Below, one piece after another: positions 44,854-54,791 of a stretch of 55,716 bases of DNA; the stretch's first letter is position 1; each line of letters opens with the position of its first letter. The notes beneath the pieces were generated by a model. That model was not told where the DNA came from. It ran no database searches and saw nothing but the letters and a program-made list of their open reading frames with translations. The stretch covers positions 1 through 55,716 of IMG/VR virus record IMGVR_UViG_3300025127_000047; one strand, given 5' to 3'. A program made the position numbers and the translations under genes. This DNA is from a virus. Lineage: Duplodnaviria; Caudoviricetes.

Positions 44854-45050
44854 AACTATGTCCATAATAGGGTATATTGCCCCTAGTGATTTACTAAAGA
44901 GTAATACACTAGATTTTAGTTTATATAGTATTATTACTAGAGCTAGTAATATACTAGGTAGTTTTTGCGGTATCTTTATACTGTTATATTCATTATATTT
45001 ACTCCTCTACTATTTACTTACTCCAGTAGAATTTAAAGGTGCCGCAATTT

Positions 45051-46538
45051 ATGTTTGATATTGATAAGTTAAGCACACTGTCCCCTCAACAACAAAAAGA
45101 AGTGTTAGAGATAGTTGCTCGATATGAGTCTGCTAAACGCAGAGAGAACTGCTCTGATGACTTCATTGCTTTTGTGAAAGAAATGTGGGCTGCCTTTATT
45201 GAAGGTTATCACCATAAGATTATGTCTGATGCTTTCAATGATGTTAAAAACGGCAAGTTAAAGCGTTTGATTATAAATATGCCCCCTAGACATACAAAAT
45301 CAGAGTTTGCTTCTTATCTATTACCCGCTTGGTTTTTAGGCTGCTTTCCACAAAAGAAGATAATCCAAGTGGCTCACACTGCAGAACTTGCTGTAGGTTT
45401 TGGTCGTAAGGTTAGAAACCTTGTTGGTTCTGCAGATTTTAAAAAAGTTTTTAGTGATGTGGGTTTGCAATCGGATAGTAAGGCTGCTGGTCGTTGGAAT
45501 ACGAATAAAGGCGGAGAATACTTTGCGATTGGTGTAGGCGGTGCTGTAACTGGTAAAGGTGCGGACTTGCTTATCATAGATGACCCTCATTCAGAACAAG
45601 AGGGACAAAGTAATGACCCTTCTGTGTTTGACAAGGTGTATGAATACTATACATCTGGTCCCCGTCAGCGTCTGCAACCCGGTGGTGCAATCATTATTGT
45701 AATGACAAGATGGCACAAACGGGACCTGACTGGGCAAATACTAAAGTCTTCAGCCCAAAGAGATGGTGCTGATGAATGGAAAGTTATAGAGTTTCCTGCG
45801 ATATTGCCATCAGGTAAAAGTTTATGGCAAGAGTTTTGGGATATAAAAGAACTAGAAAAGTTACGAGCAGAGTTACCTTTATCTAAATGGTCTGCTCAAT
45901 ATCAACAAAACCCTACTGCAGAAGAATCTGCAATTATTAAACGAGAATGGTGGCGTGTCTGGGAGTACGACAATCCCCCACAATGCGATTTTATAATTCA
46001 GTCATGGGATACAGCCTTTTTAAAAACACAGCGTTCTGACTACTCTGCGTGTACGACATGGGGTGTTTTTTACCAACCAGACGATACAGGTGTAACACAG
46101 CCTAATGTAATACTCTTAGATGCGTATAAAGAAAGATTAGAGTTTCCAGAATTAAAAAAGAAAGCTTTTGAAATGTATAAAGATTGGCAACCAGAAGCTT
46201 TTATTGTAGAAGCTAAAGCTGCAGGTATGCCTTTAATCTTTGAACTTAGGCAAATGGGAATACCAGTATCAGAATACACGCCTAGTCGTGGTAATGATAA
46301 AATAGCAAGGGTTAATGCTGTTGCTGATTTATTTGCATCTGGTATTGTATGGGCACCTGAAAGAAAGTTTGCAGAAGAAGTTATAGAAGAATTTGCATCT
46401 TTTCCTGCTGGTGAACATGATGACTTAGTTGACTCATCAACCCAAGCATTAATAAGATTTAGACAAGGTGGGTTTATTCCTTTACACTCTGACGAAGAAG
46501 AAGAAGATTTACCGCCAAGAGAAGCCAATTATTATTAG
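45051..46538 (+). CDS. terL: Terminase large subunit
   Basis: RLIINMPPRHTKSE, GKGADLLIIDDPH, IVMTRWH, SWDTAF, EAKAAG, HDDLVDS; start 45051 (ATG) or 45039 (GTG). Confidence 0.95.
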   Translation: MFDIDKLSTLSPQQQKEVLEIVARYESAKRRENCSDDFIAFVKEMWAAFIEGYHHKIMSDAFNDVKNGKLKRLIINMPPRHTKSEFASYLLPAWFLGCFPQKKIIQVAHTAELAVGFGRKVRNLVGSADFKKVFSDVGLQSDSKAAGRWNTNKGGEYFAIGVGGAVTGKGADLLIIDDPHSEQEGQSNDPSVFDKVYEYYTSGPRQRLQPGGAIIIVMTRWHKRDLTGQILKSSAQRDGADEWKVIEFPAILPSGKSLWQEFWDIKELEKLRAELPLSKWSAQYQQNPTAEESAIIKREWWRVWEYDNPPQCDFIIQSWDTAFLKTQRSDYSACTTWGVFYQPDDTGVTQPNVILLDAYKERLEFPELKKKAFEMYKDWQPEAFIVEAKAAGMPLIFELRQMGIPVSEYTPSRGNDKIARVNAVADLFASGIVWAPERKFAEEVIEEFASFPAGEHDDLVDSSTQALIRFRQGGFIPLHSDEEEEDLPPREANYY

Positions 46539-46546
46539 GAGATTAA

Positions 46547-48985
46547 ATGGCAGAAAAACCATTACAAACCCCAGAAAAAAAGTACAAAGATTCTCCTGTT
46601 GAAGTTTTAGTAACTAATCCTGATGAAGTTGCAATAGCAACAGAAGATGGTGGTTTAATTATAGATTTTGATGAAGGTGCTGAATTAGGCACACCAAACT
46701 TTGATGATAATATTGCAGAGTTTATGGAAGAAGCTGAACTACAGCTATTATCTAGTGAACTTATAAGTTATTTTAATGCAGACAGAGAATCAAGAAAAGA
46801 CTGGGAAGAAACATATACTAAAGGATTAGACCAACTAGGTTTAAAAATTGAAGATAGAACTCTGCCTTGGCAGGGTGCTTGTGGTGTGTTTCACCCATTA
46901 TTAACAGAATCTGTGGTTCGTTTCCAAGCTGAATGTGTTAGTGAAATATTTCCAGCCAAAGGTCCTGTAGATACTAAGATTGTTGGCGAAATAGATGCAG
47001 AAAAACAAGAACAGTCAGAAAGAGTTAAAGACTACTTAAACTATTTGCTTACAGAAAAGATGAGTGAATACAGAACAGAAACAGAAAAATTATTATTTAA
47101 TTTACCATTAGCAGGTTCTGCGTTTAGAAAAATATATTACGACCCAAGTTTAAACAGACCAGCAAGTATGTTTGTACCTGCTGAAGATTTTGTGGTTAGC
47201 TATGGTGCATCTGATTTAAGCACTTGCGAAAGAGCAACCCATGTAATGAAAAAAGCTACTAATGATATTAGAAAGCTACAGGTTATAGGTTTTTATAGAG
47301 ATGTTGAACTACAAACTCCTAATGATGAGTTAAGCAACATACAGTCTAAGTATAATGAATTAACAGGCTCTAGTCAGAGTTATGAAAACGACCAAAGACA
47401 TACCATACTTGAAATGCAAGTAGAGCTTGATATACAGGGCTTTGAAGATAGAAAAGATGGTAAAGTAACAGGTATAGCCTTACCTTATGTAGTAACTTTA
47501 GATTATCAATCTGGAACTATATTAGCTATTCGTAGGAATTATTTAGAAGATGACCCTATGAAAAAGAAAAGAGAACACTATGTTCACTATCAATATTTAC
47601 CCGGATTAGGTTTTTATGGCTTTGGTTTAATACATTTAATAGGCGGTATATCTAAATCTGCTACAAGTTTATTAAGACAGTTAGTAGATGCTGGTACATT
47701 ATCTAATCTTCCGGGTGGTTTAAAATCCAGAGGATTAAGAATTAAAGGAGATGATACTCCTATTATGCCCGGTGAATTTAGAGATGTAGATGTACCCGGT
47801 GGGGCTATCAAAGATAATATTACATTCTTGCCTTACAAAGAACCATCAGGAACTTTATATACTTTGTTACAAAACTTAGTAGAAGAAGGCAGAAGATTTG
47901 CTTCACTAGCTGATTTAAAAGTATCTGATATGAGCAGTCAGGCTCCTGTAGGTACTACATTAGCTTTACTAGAAAGGTCTTTAAAAGTTATAGGTTCAGT
48001 ACAATCAAGAATACATAACTCTATGAAACATGAGTTAAGAATATTATCAAGAATAATATTTGATTTTGGTCCAACAGAATATCCTTATCAAATACAAGGT
48101 AGAGAACTTTTAAAAGAAGACTTTGATGGCAGAGTAGATGTCGTTCCTGTATCAGACCCTAACGCTTCTACTAAGGCACAAAAAATTATGCAATATCAAG
48201 CAGCTTTGCAGTTATCGCAACAAGCTCCTGAAATGTATAATATGCAAGAGTTACACAGACAAATGTTAGATGTATTAGGTATTCAAGACGCAGATAAGAT
48301 TGTACCTCTTGAAACTGAAATATCACCGACTGACCCTGTATCAGAAAATATGAATATGCTTAATGGTAAACCTGTTAAAGCCTTTATTTATCAAGACCAT
48401 GAAGCACATATTAAAGTTCATATGTCTGCTATGGAAGACCCTAAAATGAGAGAAATGGTTGGTCAAAGTCCTAATGCTAATAGAATTATGGCTGCATTTA
48501 CAGAACACATAACAGAACACATTGCATTTCAATATCGTAAAGAAATTGAAAAACAACTTGGTGCTCCACTACCACCGCCTGATGAACCGCTACCAGAAGA
48601 TATTGAATTGCGTTTATCAGAACTGGTATCAGCAGCAGCTGAAAGAGTATTAGCTTCTAGTCAAGCAGAAGAAAGAGCACAAGAAATAAATGAAAAACTA
48701 GAAGACCCTGTAATACAACAAAGAGAAAAAGAGTTAGCTATTAAAGAAGCTGAAGTACAAAGAAAAATGAAAGCAGATGCTGAACGAATAGCACTTGATT
48801 TAGAAAGAACAAAAGCAAATCAAGAGATAGAAAAAGAAAGAATAGCATCACAAGAAAGAATAGCTGGTGCTAAAATTGGATATGATGCTGCATCAGATAA
48901 TGCAAAAATATCTAGTAAAGAACGCATAGAAGGTGCTAAGATAGGCAAAGATATAGCGGAAACTTTATTAGATAAAGAAAACTAA
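46547..48985 (+). CDS. Portal protein
   Basis: 812 aa after TerL; PWQGACGVFHPLL.E.VVRFQA, LPLAGSAFRKIY, FYGFGLIHL; long helical C-terminus. Confidence 0.88.
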   Translation: MAEKPLQTPEKKYKDSPVEVLVTNPDEVAIATEDGGLIIDFDEGAELGTPNFDDNIAEFMEEAELQLLSSELISYFNADRESRKDWEETYTKGLDQLGLKIEDRTLPWQGACGVFHPLLTESVVRFQAECVSEIFPAKGPVDTKIVGEIDAEKQEQSERVKDYLNYLLTEKMSEYRTETEKLLFNLPLAGSAFRKIYYDPSLNRPASMFVPAEDFVVSYGASDLSTCERATHVMKKATNDIRKLQVIGFYRDVELQTPNDELSNIQSKYNELTGSSQSYENDQRHTILEMQVELDIQGFEDRKDGKVTGIALPYVVTLDYQSGTILAIRRNYLEDDPMKKKREHYVHYQYLPGLGFYGFGLIHLIGGISKSATSLLRQLVDAGTLSNLPGGLKSRGLRIKGDDTPIMPGEFRDVDVPGGAIKDNITFLPYKEPSGTLYTLLQNLVEEGRRFASLADLKVSDMSSQAPVGTTLALLERSLKVIGSVQSRIHNSMKHELRILSRIIFDFGPTEYPYQIQGRELLKEDFDGRVDVVPVSDPNASTKAQKIMQYQAALQLSQQAPEMYNMQELHRQMLDVLGIQDADKIVPLETEISPTDPVSENMNMLNGKPVKAFIYQDHEAHIKVHMSAMEDPKMREMVGQSPNANRIMAAFTEHITEHIAFQYRKEIEKQLGAPLPPPDEPLPEDIELRLSELVSAAAERVLASSQAEERAQEINEKLEDPVIQQREKELAIKEAEVQRKMKADAERIALDLERTKANQEIEKERIASQERIAGAKIGYDAASDNAKISSKERIEGAKIGKDIAETLLDKEN

Positions 48986-49185
48986 TGGCTGCATCAGACG
49001 CAAATATAATAGATGCTCTAAGAAAAAAAATTAGAGAGCATATGAACGAACACGCTGACCATCTTTCAGGAGGTGGCTGTAAAAATTTTGAGGAGTACAG
49101 ACATTTAACAGGTGTAATTGCTGGACTCGCTATAGTAGAAAGAGATATACTCGACCTACAGGAAATAGCAAATCGTCAACAATGA
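48985..49185 (+). CDS. Small head-module protein
   Basis: L.GG...FEEYR.L.G.I.GL pattern; coupled to the portal gene. Confidence 0.6.
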   Translation: MAASDANIIDALRKKIREHMNEHADHLSGGGCKNFEEYRHLTGVIAGLAIVERDILDLQEIANRQQ

Positions 49186-49225
49186 CGCAAGGACCTAGAC
49201 CTTAATCTAGTGCAAGGAGAAAAAA

Positions 49226-49615
49226 ATGAGTGAACCTGCAAAGGCTGTAAAAAAAACTGAAACAGTTGAAGAAAAAACAGCAAAACAATTACCAATACCA
49301 AAAGGTTATAAAATCTTAATAGCTCTACCCGAGCCCGAAGAACAAACAAAAGGTGGAATAATAAAAGCTTCACAAACAATGCAAGTTGAAGAAGTTGGTT
49401 CTATCTGTGGTTTTATTCTGGATATGGGAGAAGACTGCTATCAAGATAAAAAAAGATTTCCAAATGGTCCTTATTGTAAAAAAGGCGATTGGATTATTAT
49501 GCGTTCTTATTCAGGTACAAGATTTAAAGTACATGGAAAAGAATTTCGTTTAATTAATGATGACAGTGTAGAAGCTGTTGTTGAAGACCCAAGAGGTATC
49601 GTAAAGGTAATTTAA
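49226..49615 (+). CDS. groES: GroES-like co-chaperonin
   Basis: P.GYKILI....EEQTKGGII, G.D.Y, KGD, YSGT...V.G.E.RLINDDSV.AVV. Confidence 0.8.
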   Translation: MSEPAKAVKKTETVEEKTAKQLPIPKGYKILIALPEPEEQTKGGIIKASQTMQVEEVGSICGFILDMGEDCYQDKKRFPNGPYCKKGDWIIMRSYSGTRFKVHGKEFRLINDDSVEAVVEDPRGIVKVI

Positions 49616-49616
49616 T

Positions 49617-50675
49617 ATGAGTGAAAATACTACAGCAAATCAAGAAGTTACGGAACAAATACCGCAACATTCTAAAGAAGAAAAATTCTTTGGTGTTAAA
49701 ACCACCTTTGAAAAAGAACCTAAAACAGAGTCAACAGATGAACTTCAAGTTGAAGTTATAGATGATAGACCTGCAGAAGATAGAAGACCACCTAAAGTAA
49801 AAACTGCTAATAATGCAGTTGAAGAAGAAATAGATGGTATTAGTGAAAAAGTCCAAAAAAGAATTGATAAAATTAAATACGACTATCACGAAGAAAGACG
49901 AGCAAAAGAAGCTTCAGAAAAACTAAGAGATGAAGCAGTTGGTTATGCTCAAAAAATCCAAGATGAAAATAAAAGATTATCTGCTTTAATTAATAAAGGA
50001 GAAGAAGCTTTACTTGGACAAATATCAGCTAAAGCCACAGCAGAGTTAGAACAAGGCAAAGCTGAATTTAAAGAAGCCTATGAAGCTGGTGATACGGATA
50101 AAATGTTAGCTGCTAACGAAAAGATTTTATCTGCACAAGTAGATGCAAAAAGTGCTAATGAAAAACTTAACTACTATCAAAAGCAAACAGAAGCTAGGCA
50201 ACAACAAATGCAACAACAACAAAATGTTGCACAACCACAACCACAACAAGTACCACCGCAACATACACCGCCTGACCCAAAAGCGGTAGATTGGTTGCAA
50301 AAAAATACTTGGTTTGGTAATAAAGAACATAAAGACATGACTGGTTATGCTTATGGGTTACATGAAACTCTTATACAAGATGAAGGCATATATCCTACTA
50401 CTGACCAGTATTATCAGGAAGTTGATAAGCGTATGCGACAAAGATTTCCTGAGTTTTTTGGAGAAGAAGAAGCCCCTGTCGACAACGAAGAACAAGTTGT
50501 TGAAACTGTGATTTCCAAAAAACCTTCCGCTGTCGTAGCACCAGCAACAAGAAATAATGGTGCTATGCCTCGCAAAGTACAGTTGACAGGAACCCAAGTT
50601 GCTCTCGCAAGGCGTTTGGGTTTAACACCAGAACAATATGCCAAACAACTCGCCAAGGAGGTGCAGAATGGCTGA
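49617..50675 (+). CDS. Capsid scaffolding protein
   Basis: Acidic coiled coil; DPKA..W...N.WFG; C-terminal LT..QVALARRLGLTPEQYAK; upstream of the capsid genes. Confidence 0.7.
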   Translation: MSENTTANQEVTEQIPQHSKEEKFFGVKTTFEKEPKTESTDELQVEVIDDRPAEDRRPPKVKTANNAVEEEIDGISEKVQKRIDKIKYDYHEERRAKEASEKLRDEAVGYAQKIQDENKRLSALINKGEEALLGQISAKATAELEQGKAEFKEAYEAGDTDKMLAANEKILSAQVDAKSANEKLNYYQKQTEARQQQMQQQQNVAQPQPQQVPPQHTPPDPKAVDWLQKNTWFGNKEHKDMTGYAYGLHETLIQDEGIYPTTDQYYQEVDKRMRQRFPEFFGEEEAPVDNEEQVVETVISKKPSAVVAPATRNNGAMPRKVQLTGTQVALARRLGLTPEQYAKQLAKEVQNG

Positions 50676-51147
50676 TAATGAAAATGTAACCGAAGAAGTT
50701 ACAAGAGCTGCAAGAGAAACGGAAACCAGAGAGGTCAAACAAAGACCACAATCTTGGGAACCACAATCCAAACTACCTAGTCCAACACCGCAAGATGGTT
50801 GGGTTTTTAGGTGGATAGCTACATCAATATTAGGGCAACCTAATAATGTTAATGTTAGTTCTAAATTTAGAGAAGGTTGGGAACCTGTGAGAGCAGAAGA
50901 CCACCCTGAATTACATTTAGTTTGTGATGTGGACTCCGAGTGGGCGGACAAAGGTAACATGGAAGTAGGCGGTTTATTGCTTTGTAAAGCTCCTAGAGAG
51001 TTAATGGAACAAAGAGATGAATACTACAGAAAAGTTGCTAGAGACCAAATGGAAGCCGTTGATAATAATTACTTAAAAGAAAATGACCCTCGTATGCCGC
51101 TGTTACAACCAGACCGCAAAACGAGGACTACATTTGGCGGCAAATAA
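50668..51147 (+). CDS. Head-module protein
   Basis: FRWI......REGWEPV, VGGLLLCK; start moved to ATG 50668 behind AAGGAGG. Confidence 0.65.
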   Translation: MADNENVTEEVTRAARETETREVKQRPQSWEPQSKLPSPTPQDGWVFRWIATSILGQPNNVNVSSKFREGWEPVRAEDHPELHLVCDVDSEWADKGNMEVGGLLLCKAPRELMEQRDEYYRKVARDQMEAVDNNYLKENDPRMPLLQPDRKTRTTFGGK

Positions 51148-51202
51148 CTAAATAATAATTTAGCTAGAAGCCGACTTTTAAACTTAAACTTAGGAGAATA
51201 AT

Positions 51203-51781
51203 ATGGCTGCTTCAGCTACCCCAATGGGTGCCGAGCCTGTAGGTTGTCTTAGTTCTAATGGTTCCTTTACAGGAAAAGTTAGACATTACAAGATAGCTTC
51301 TAACTATGGTACCGCTATATTCTACGGAGATTTTGTAAAGCTTGTTAGTTCTGGCACTGTTGAAAAAGACACAGGAACTACAGCTTGTACTCCAGTAGGA
51401 GTATTTGTAGGTGTGTCATACACTGACCCAAATACAAATCAAAAAACATTCTCACAATATTACCCAGCTTCAACAGTTGCTAGTGATATTAGTGCGTATG
51501 TTGTTGACGACCCTTTTGTTGAAATGAAAATGCAAGGTGATGCTTCACTTGCACAAACAGCATTAGGAAACAATGCTGCTGTTGTTCAAACAGCAGGTAG
51601 TACAAGTATAGGTCGTAGTAAAAATGCTGTGGATAGCAGTACGATTGCTACAACAAATACTTTGCCAGTTAAAATTATTGAGTTCGTAGACGGACCTGAT
51701 AGTGCAGTTGGCGACTCATTTACAGATGTTATTGTTGTCTTTAACGCAGGACATCAATTAACTAATACAACAGGCGTTTAA
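51203..51781 (+). CDS. Capsid decoration/minor head protein
   Basis: AIFYGD.V, GVFVGVSYTD, YVVDDP; immediately before the major capsid gene. Confidence 0.65.
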   Translation: MAASATPMGAEPVGCLSSNGSFTGKVRHYKIASNYGTAIFYGDFVKLVSSGTVEKDTGTTACTPVGVFVGVSYTDPNTNQKTFSQYYPASTVASDISAYVVDDPFVEMKMQGDASLAQTALGNNAAVVQTAGSTSIGRSKNAVDSSTIATTNTLPVKIIEFVDGPDSAVGDSFTDVIVVFNAGHQLTNTTGV

Positions 51782-51797
51782 TATAGGAGAATAAAAT

Positions 51798-52736
51798 ATG
51801 GCTATTTCAAGAGCACAAATGTTAAAAGAACTCCTACCCGGACTAAACGCATTGTTTGGATTGGAGTACGAAAAGTACGAAGATGAGCACACCATGATTT
51901 ACGAAACTGAAAATTCTGATAGAAGTTTTGAAGAAGAAGTTCAGTTAAGTGGATTTGGTCAAGCAGTTGTTAAAGATGAAGGTGCAGCAATCACTTATGA
52001 TTCAGCACAAGAAAGCTTTACAGCTAGATACAACCATGAAACCATTGCTTTAGGTTTTGCGATTACAGAAGAAGCTATAGAGGATAACCTTTATGACTCA
52101 CTTTCTGCTCGTTACACCAAAGCATTAGCAAGAGCTATGGCTTACACTAAGCAAGTCAAAGCTGCTTTCCCACTCAATAATGGGTTTACAAACTCTTTCC
52201 AATCAGGAGATGGAGTAAACTTATTTACTGCAGATGGTGATGGTGTTACTGGTGGGGACGGACACCCATTAGTAGATGGTAGTAAAAACTCTAATAGACC
52301 TGCTACTGCAGCAGACCTTAATGAAACATCTTTAGAAGATGCTGTTATTAATATCGGCAACTTTAAAGACCAAAGAGGTTTGAAGATAGCAGCTAGACCT
52401 AAAAGATTAATTGTTCCTTCTGCTCTGCAGTTTACGGCAACTAGACTTTTAGAGTCTCAATTTAGAGTTGGTACATCTGATAATGATATTAATGCTATAT
52501 CCTCTAATGGTGCTATACCAGAAGGATATATGATTAACCATTATCTTACTGATACTAATGCTTTCTTCATCATTACTGATGTTCCAAACGGCATGAAACA
52601 TTTCAATAGAACCGGAATGGAAACATCTATGGACGGAGATTTTGACACCGGAAATGTCAGATACAAAGCTAGAGAAAGATACTCATTTGGAGTATCAGAC
52701 CCGCTTGGTATTTACGGCTCACCGGGTTCAAGCTAA
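51798..52736 (+). CDS. Major capsid protein
   Basis: MAISRAQMLKELLPGLNALFGLEY, SDRSFEEE, ITEEAIEDNLY, DFDTGNVRYKARERYSFG; followed by a strong terminator. Confidence 0.9.
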   Translation: MAISRAQMLKELLPGLNALFGLEYEKYEDEHTMIYETENSDRSFEEEVQLSGFGQAVVKDEGAAITYDSAQESFTARYNHETIALGFAITEEAIEDNLYDSLSARYTKALARAMAYTKQVKAAFPLNNGFTNSFQSGDGVNLFTADGDGVTGGDGHPLVDGSKNSNRPATAADLNETSLEDAVINIGNFKDQRGLKIAARPKRLIVPSALQFTATRLLESQFRVGTSDNDINAISSNGAIPEGYMINHYLTDTNAFFIITDVPNGMKHFNRTGMETSMDGDFDTGNVRYKARERYSFGVSDPLGIYGSPGSS

Positions 52737-52743
52737 ACTTTAT

Positions 52744-52768
52744 GGGGAGCCTTGTGCTCCCCTTTTTT
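52744..52768 (+). terminator. Intrinsic terminator after the major capsid gene
   Basis: GGGGAGC-CTTGT-GCTCCCC-TTTTTT. Confidence 0.88.
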
Positions 52769-52773
52769 CGTAA

Positions 52774-52832
52774 CTAGGGATTTATTAATTGTCTATCAAC
52801 TGCCCTAGCAGACTTTGCCAAGATGATAGATA
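52774..52832 (+). ncRNA. Candidate pseudoknotted cis-regulatory RNA
   Basis: CTAGGG (52774-79)/CCCTAG (52803-08) crossed with TGTCTATCA (52790-98)/TGATAGATA (52824-32). Confidence 0.45.
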
Positions 52833-52852
52833 TTTTCTTTTAGGAGAAATAT

Positions 52853-53377
52853 ATGGCTAATTCAACCTTTAATGGACCAGTTAGGTCCGAGAACGGCTTT
52901 CAGGTCGTATCTAAAAATTCAACTACAGGTGCTATAACTACCGAGTTCACTTTAAATGGTGATGGTATGCAAGTTACTCCTGTAGCTTTAGCTGACACTA
53001 CAGCTATTTCTTTAACAGCAACTGCTCATGGCGGTAGAGTTTCTGTTGTTCCTGCATTGTCTGCGAACTGCACATTAACATTACCTTCTCCATCAGCAGG
53101 GGTTTACTTTAAATTAATTTATGGTGGTGCTGCAGAAGAAACAGAAAACTTAATTATTAGCACAGGGTCTAATACTAACTTCTACATAGGTGGTATAGTA
53201 CATTTAGATTCTAACGCAGATAATGTTTCTGTATATTCAGATGGTAACTCTAACTCTATATTAACTCTTACAGACTTTGGTTTGTTTGAAATTAATATCT
53301 TAGCTAAAGATAGTACTAATTGGTACATCTGGGGTAACCAAGAAGGTGCAGATGCTCCAGCTTTCTCTGACGCATAG
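52853..53377 (+). CDS. Virion structural protein (head fibre/decoration-like)
   Basis: MANSTFNGPVRSENGF N-terminus; TLTLP motif; follows the capsid gene. Confidence 0.65.
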   Translation: MANSTFNGPVRSENGFQVVSKNSTTGAITTEFTLNGDGMQVTPVALADTTAISLTATAHGGRVSVVPALSANCTLTLPSPSAGVYFKLIYGGAAEETENLIISTGSNTNFYIGGIVHLDSNADNVSVYSDGNSNSILTLTDFGLFEINILAKDSTNWYIWGNQEGADAPAFSDA

Positions 53378-53386
53378 GAGTAAGTA

Positions 53387-53791
53387 ATGGCTGATACAGT
53401 AACAACACAAACTATACAAGATGGCGACAAAATCGCTATTATGAAGTTTACTAATGTTAGTGATGGCACTGGTGAATCAGCAGTAAAAAAAGTTGATGTG
53501 TCTGCCTTAAACTCAAATAGTTTAGGGCAGTCATGCACTTCAGTTTCAGTAGCAAGAATATATTGGGCTTGTAGAGGTATGGGCGTAAACATAGAGTTTG
53601 ACGCTAGTACCAATGTTTTAATTACAGGTTTGCCTACTGATAGCACTGGAGATGAATACTATGATTTATTTTCTGGTATTCCTAATAATGCAGGGTCAGG
53701 TAAAACTGGCGATATTGACTTTACTACTGTTAGTCATTCAGACGGTGATACATATTCTATAATATTAGTATTAAATAAAATTTACGAGTAG
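53387..53791 (+). CDS. Virion structural protein
   Basis: MAD.VT.QTI.DG...K.TNVSDGTGESAV.KVDVSAL; TGDIDFTT. Confidence 0.65.
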   Translation: MADTVTTQTIQDGDKIAIMKFTNVSDGTGESAVKKVDVSALNSNSLGQSCTSVSVARIYWACRGMGVNIEFDASTNVLITGLPTDSTGDEYYDLFSGIPNNAGSGKTGDIDFTTVSHSDGDTYSIILVLNKIYE

Positions 53792-53799
53792 GTGAAACT

Positions 53800-53988
53800 A
53801 TGGCAATTAAAAAAGAAGAAAACGGGCACTTTGAAAATGGCGACCCAGCTTTTGTTATATGGAATGGCGAAGAATTAGTAGCCGGACCATTAAGAGCAAA
53901 AGAAGCTGACGCTATGCTTAAAGAACTTAAACCAAAAAAGAAACCAGCTGCAAAAAAACCAGCTAAAAAAACTAAGGTGAAGAAATGA
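53800..53988 (+). CDS. Small protein with Lys/Ala-rich tail
   Basis: KPKKKPAAKKPAKK tail. Confidence 0.6.
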   Translation: MAIKKEENGHFENGDPAFVIWNGEELVAGPLRAKEADAMLKELKPKKKPAAKKPAKKTKVKK

Positions 53989-54125
53989 AAAAATCAAAAT
54001 ATAAATCTATGAAAGGTGGCAAGTCCACTAAATACAAATCAATGAGAGGTGGTAGACAAACTAAATCTAGTATGCCACAAACTTTTAATGAGATTGTTAA
54101 AAAGAAAATAGGCGGTAAAGTTTAA
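53985..54125 (+). CDS. Small basic protein (MKKSKYKSMKGGKSTKYKSMRGG...)
   Basis: 46-aa ORF read manually; ATGA coupling. Confidence 0.55.
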   Translation: MKKSKYKSMKGGKSTKYKSMRGGRQTKSSMPQTFNEIVKKKIGGKV

Positions 54126-54131
54126 TTAAAA

Positions 54132-54425
54132 ATGAGCCGTGCTACTAAAGACTCTCGTTTAAAAAGAGCAGGTGTTAGTGGGTACAACAAACCAAAGCGT
54201 ACCCCTAACCACCCTAAGAAATCTCATATAGTTGTTGCAAAAGAAGGCAGCAAAATAAAAACTATTAGGTTTGGCGAGAAAGGTGCTAAAACTGCAGGTA
54301 AACCTAAAAAGGGTGAGTCTCGCAGAATGAAAATGAAAAGAAAATCTTTTAAAGCTAGACACGCTAAAAATATTAGAAAAGGTAAAATGTCAGCTGCATA
54401 CTGGGCAGATAAAGTAAAATGGTAA
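54132..54425 (+). CDS. Small basic protein
   Basis: GYNKPKRTPNHPKKSH.V.A...IRFG...SFKARH...SAAYWADKVKW. Confidence 0.7.
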   Translation: MSRATKDSRLKRAGVSGYNKPKRTPNHPKKSHIVVAKEGSKIKTIRFGEKGAKTAGKPKKGESRRMKMKRKSFKARHAKNIRKGKMSAAYWADKVKW

Positions 54426-54494
54426 TGTCTAGGACAGCTTTTAAACAAAGCACTTTAAAAGCACCAGCATCTAAAAAAAATAAAGTTTCAAAAA

Positions 54495-54791
54495 ATGCGA
54501 AGCAAAAAAGACCCAAAAGTAGGAACAGGTAAAAAACCTAAAGGCTCTGGTCGTAGGTTATACACTGACGAAAATCCAAAAGATACAGTAGGTATTAAGT
54601 TTGCTACACCTGCAGATGCTAGAGCAACTGTAGCTAAAGTAAAAAAAAATTAAAAAACCATTTGTCGTAAAATTCAAATACTTACAGTAGGTGAACAAAG
54701 GTCAAAGGTTATGGGTAAAAAAGAAGTAGCAAGTATATTTAAAAAAGGTAAAGAAGCAATAAGGAAGTTACATGGTAAAACAAAGACTTAG
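54495..54791 (+). pseudogene. Basic phage protein interrupted by an in-frame TAA (double frameshift or sequencing error)
   Basis: KDPKVGTGKKPKGSGRRLYTDENPKDT...VAKVKKN* then RKIQILTVGEQR... in the same frame; A9 run at 54641-54649. Confidence 0.6.

Noticed and set aside
44858-45058. 66-aa plus-strand ORF before terL
   Set aside because: Runs through AT-rich inverted repeats and has no convincing RBS; more likely regulatory DNA
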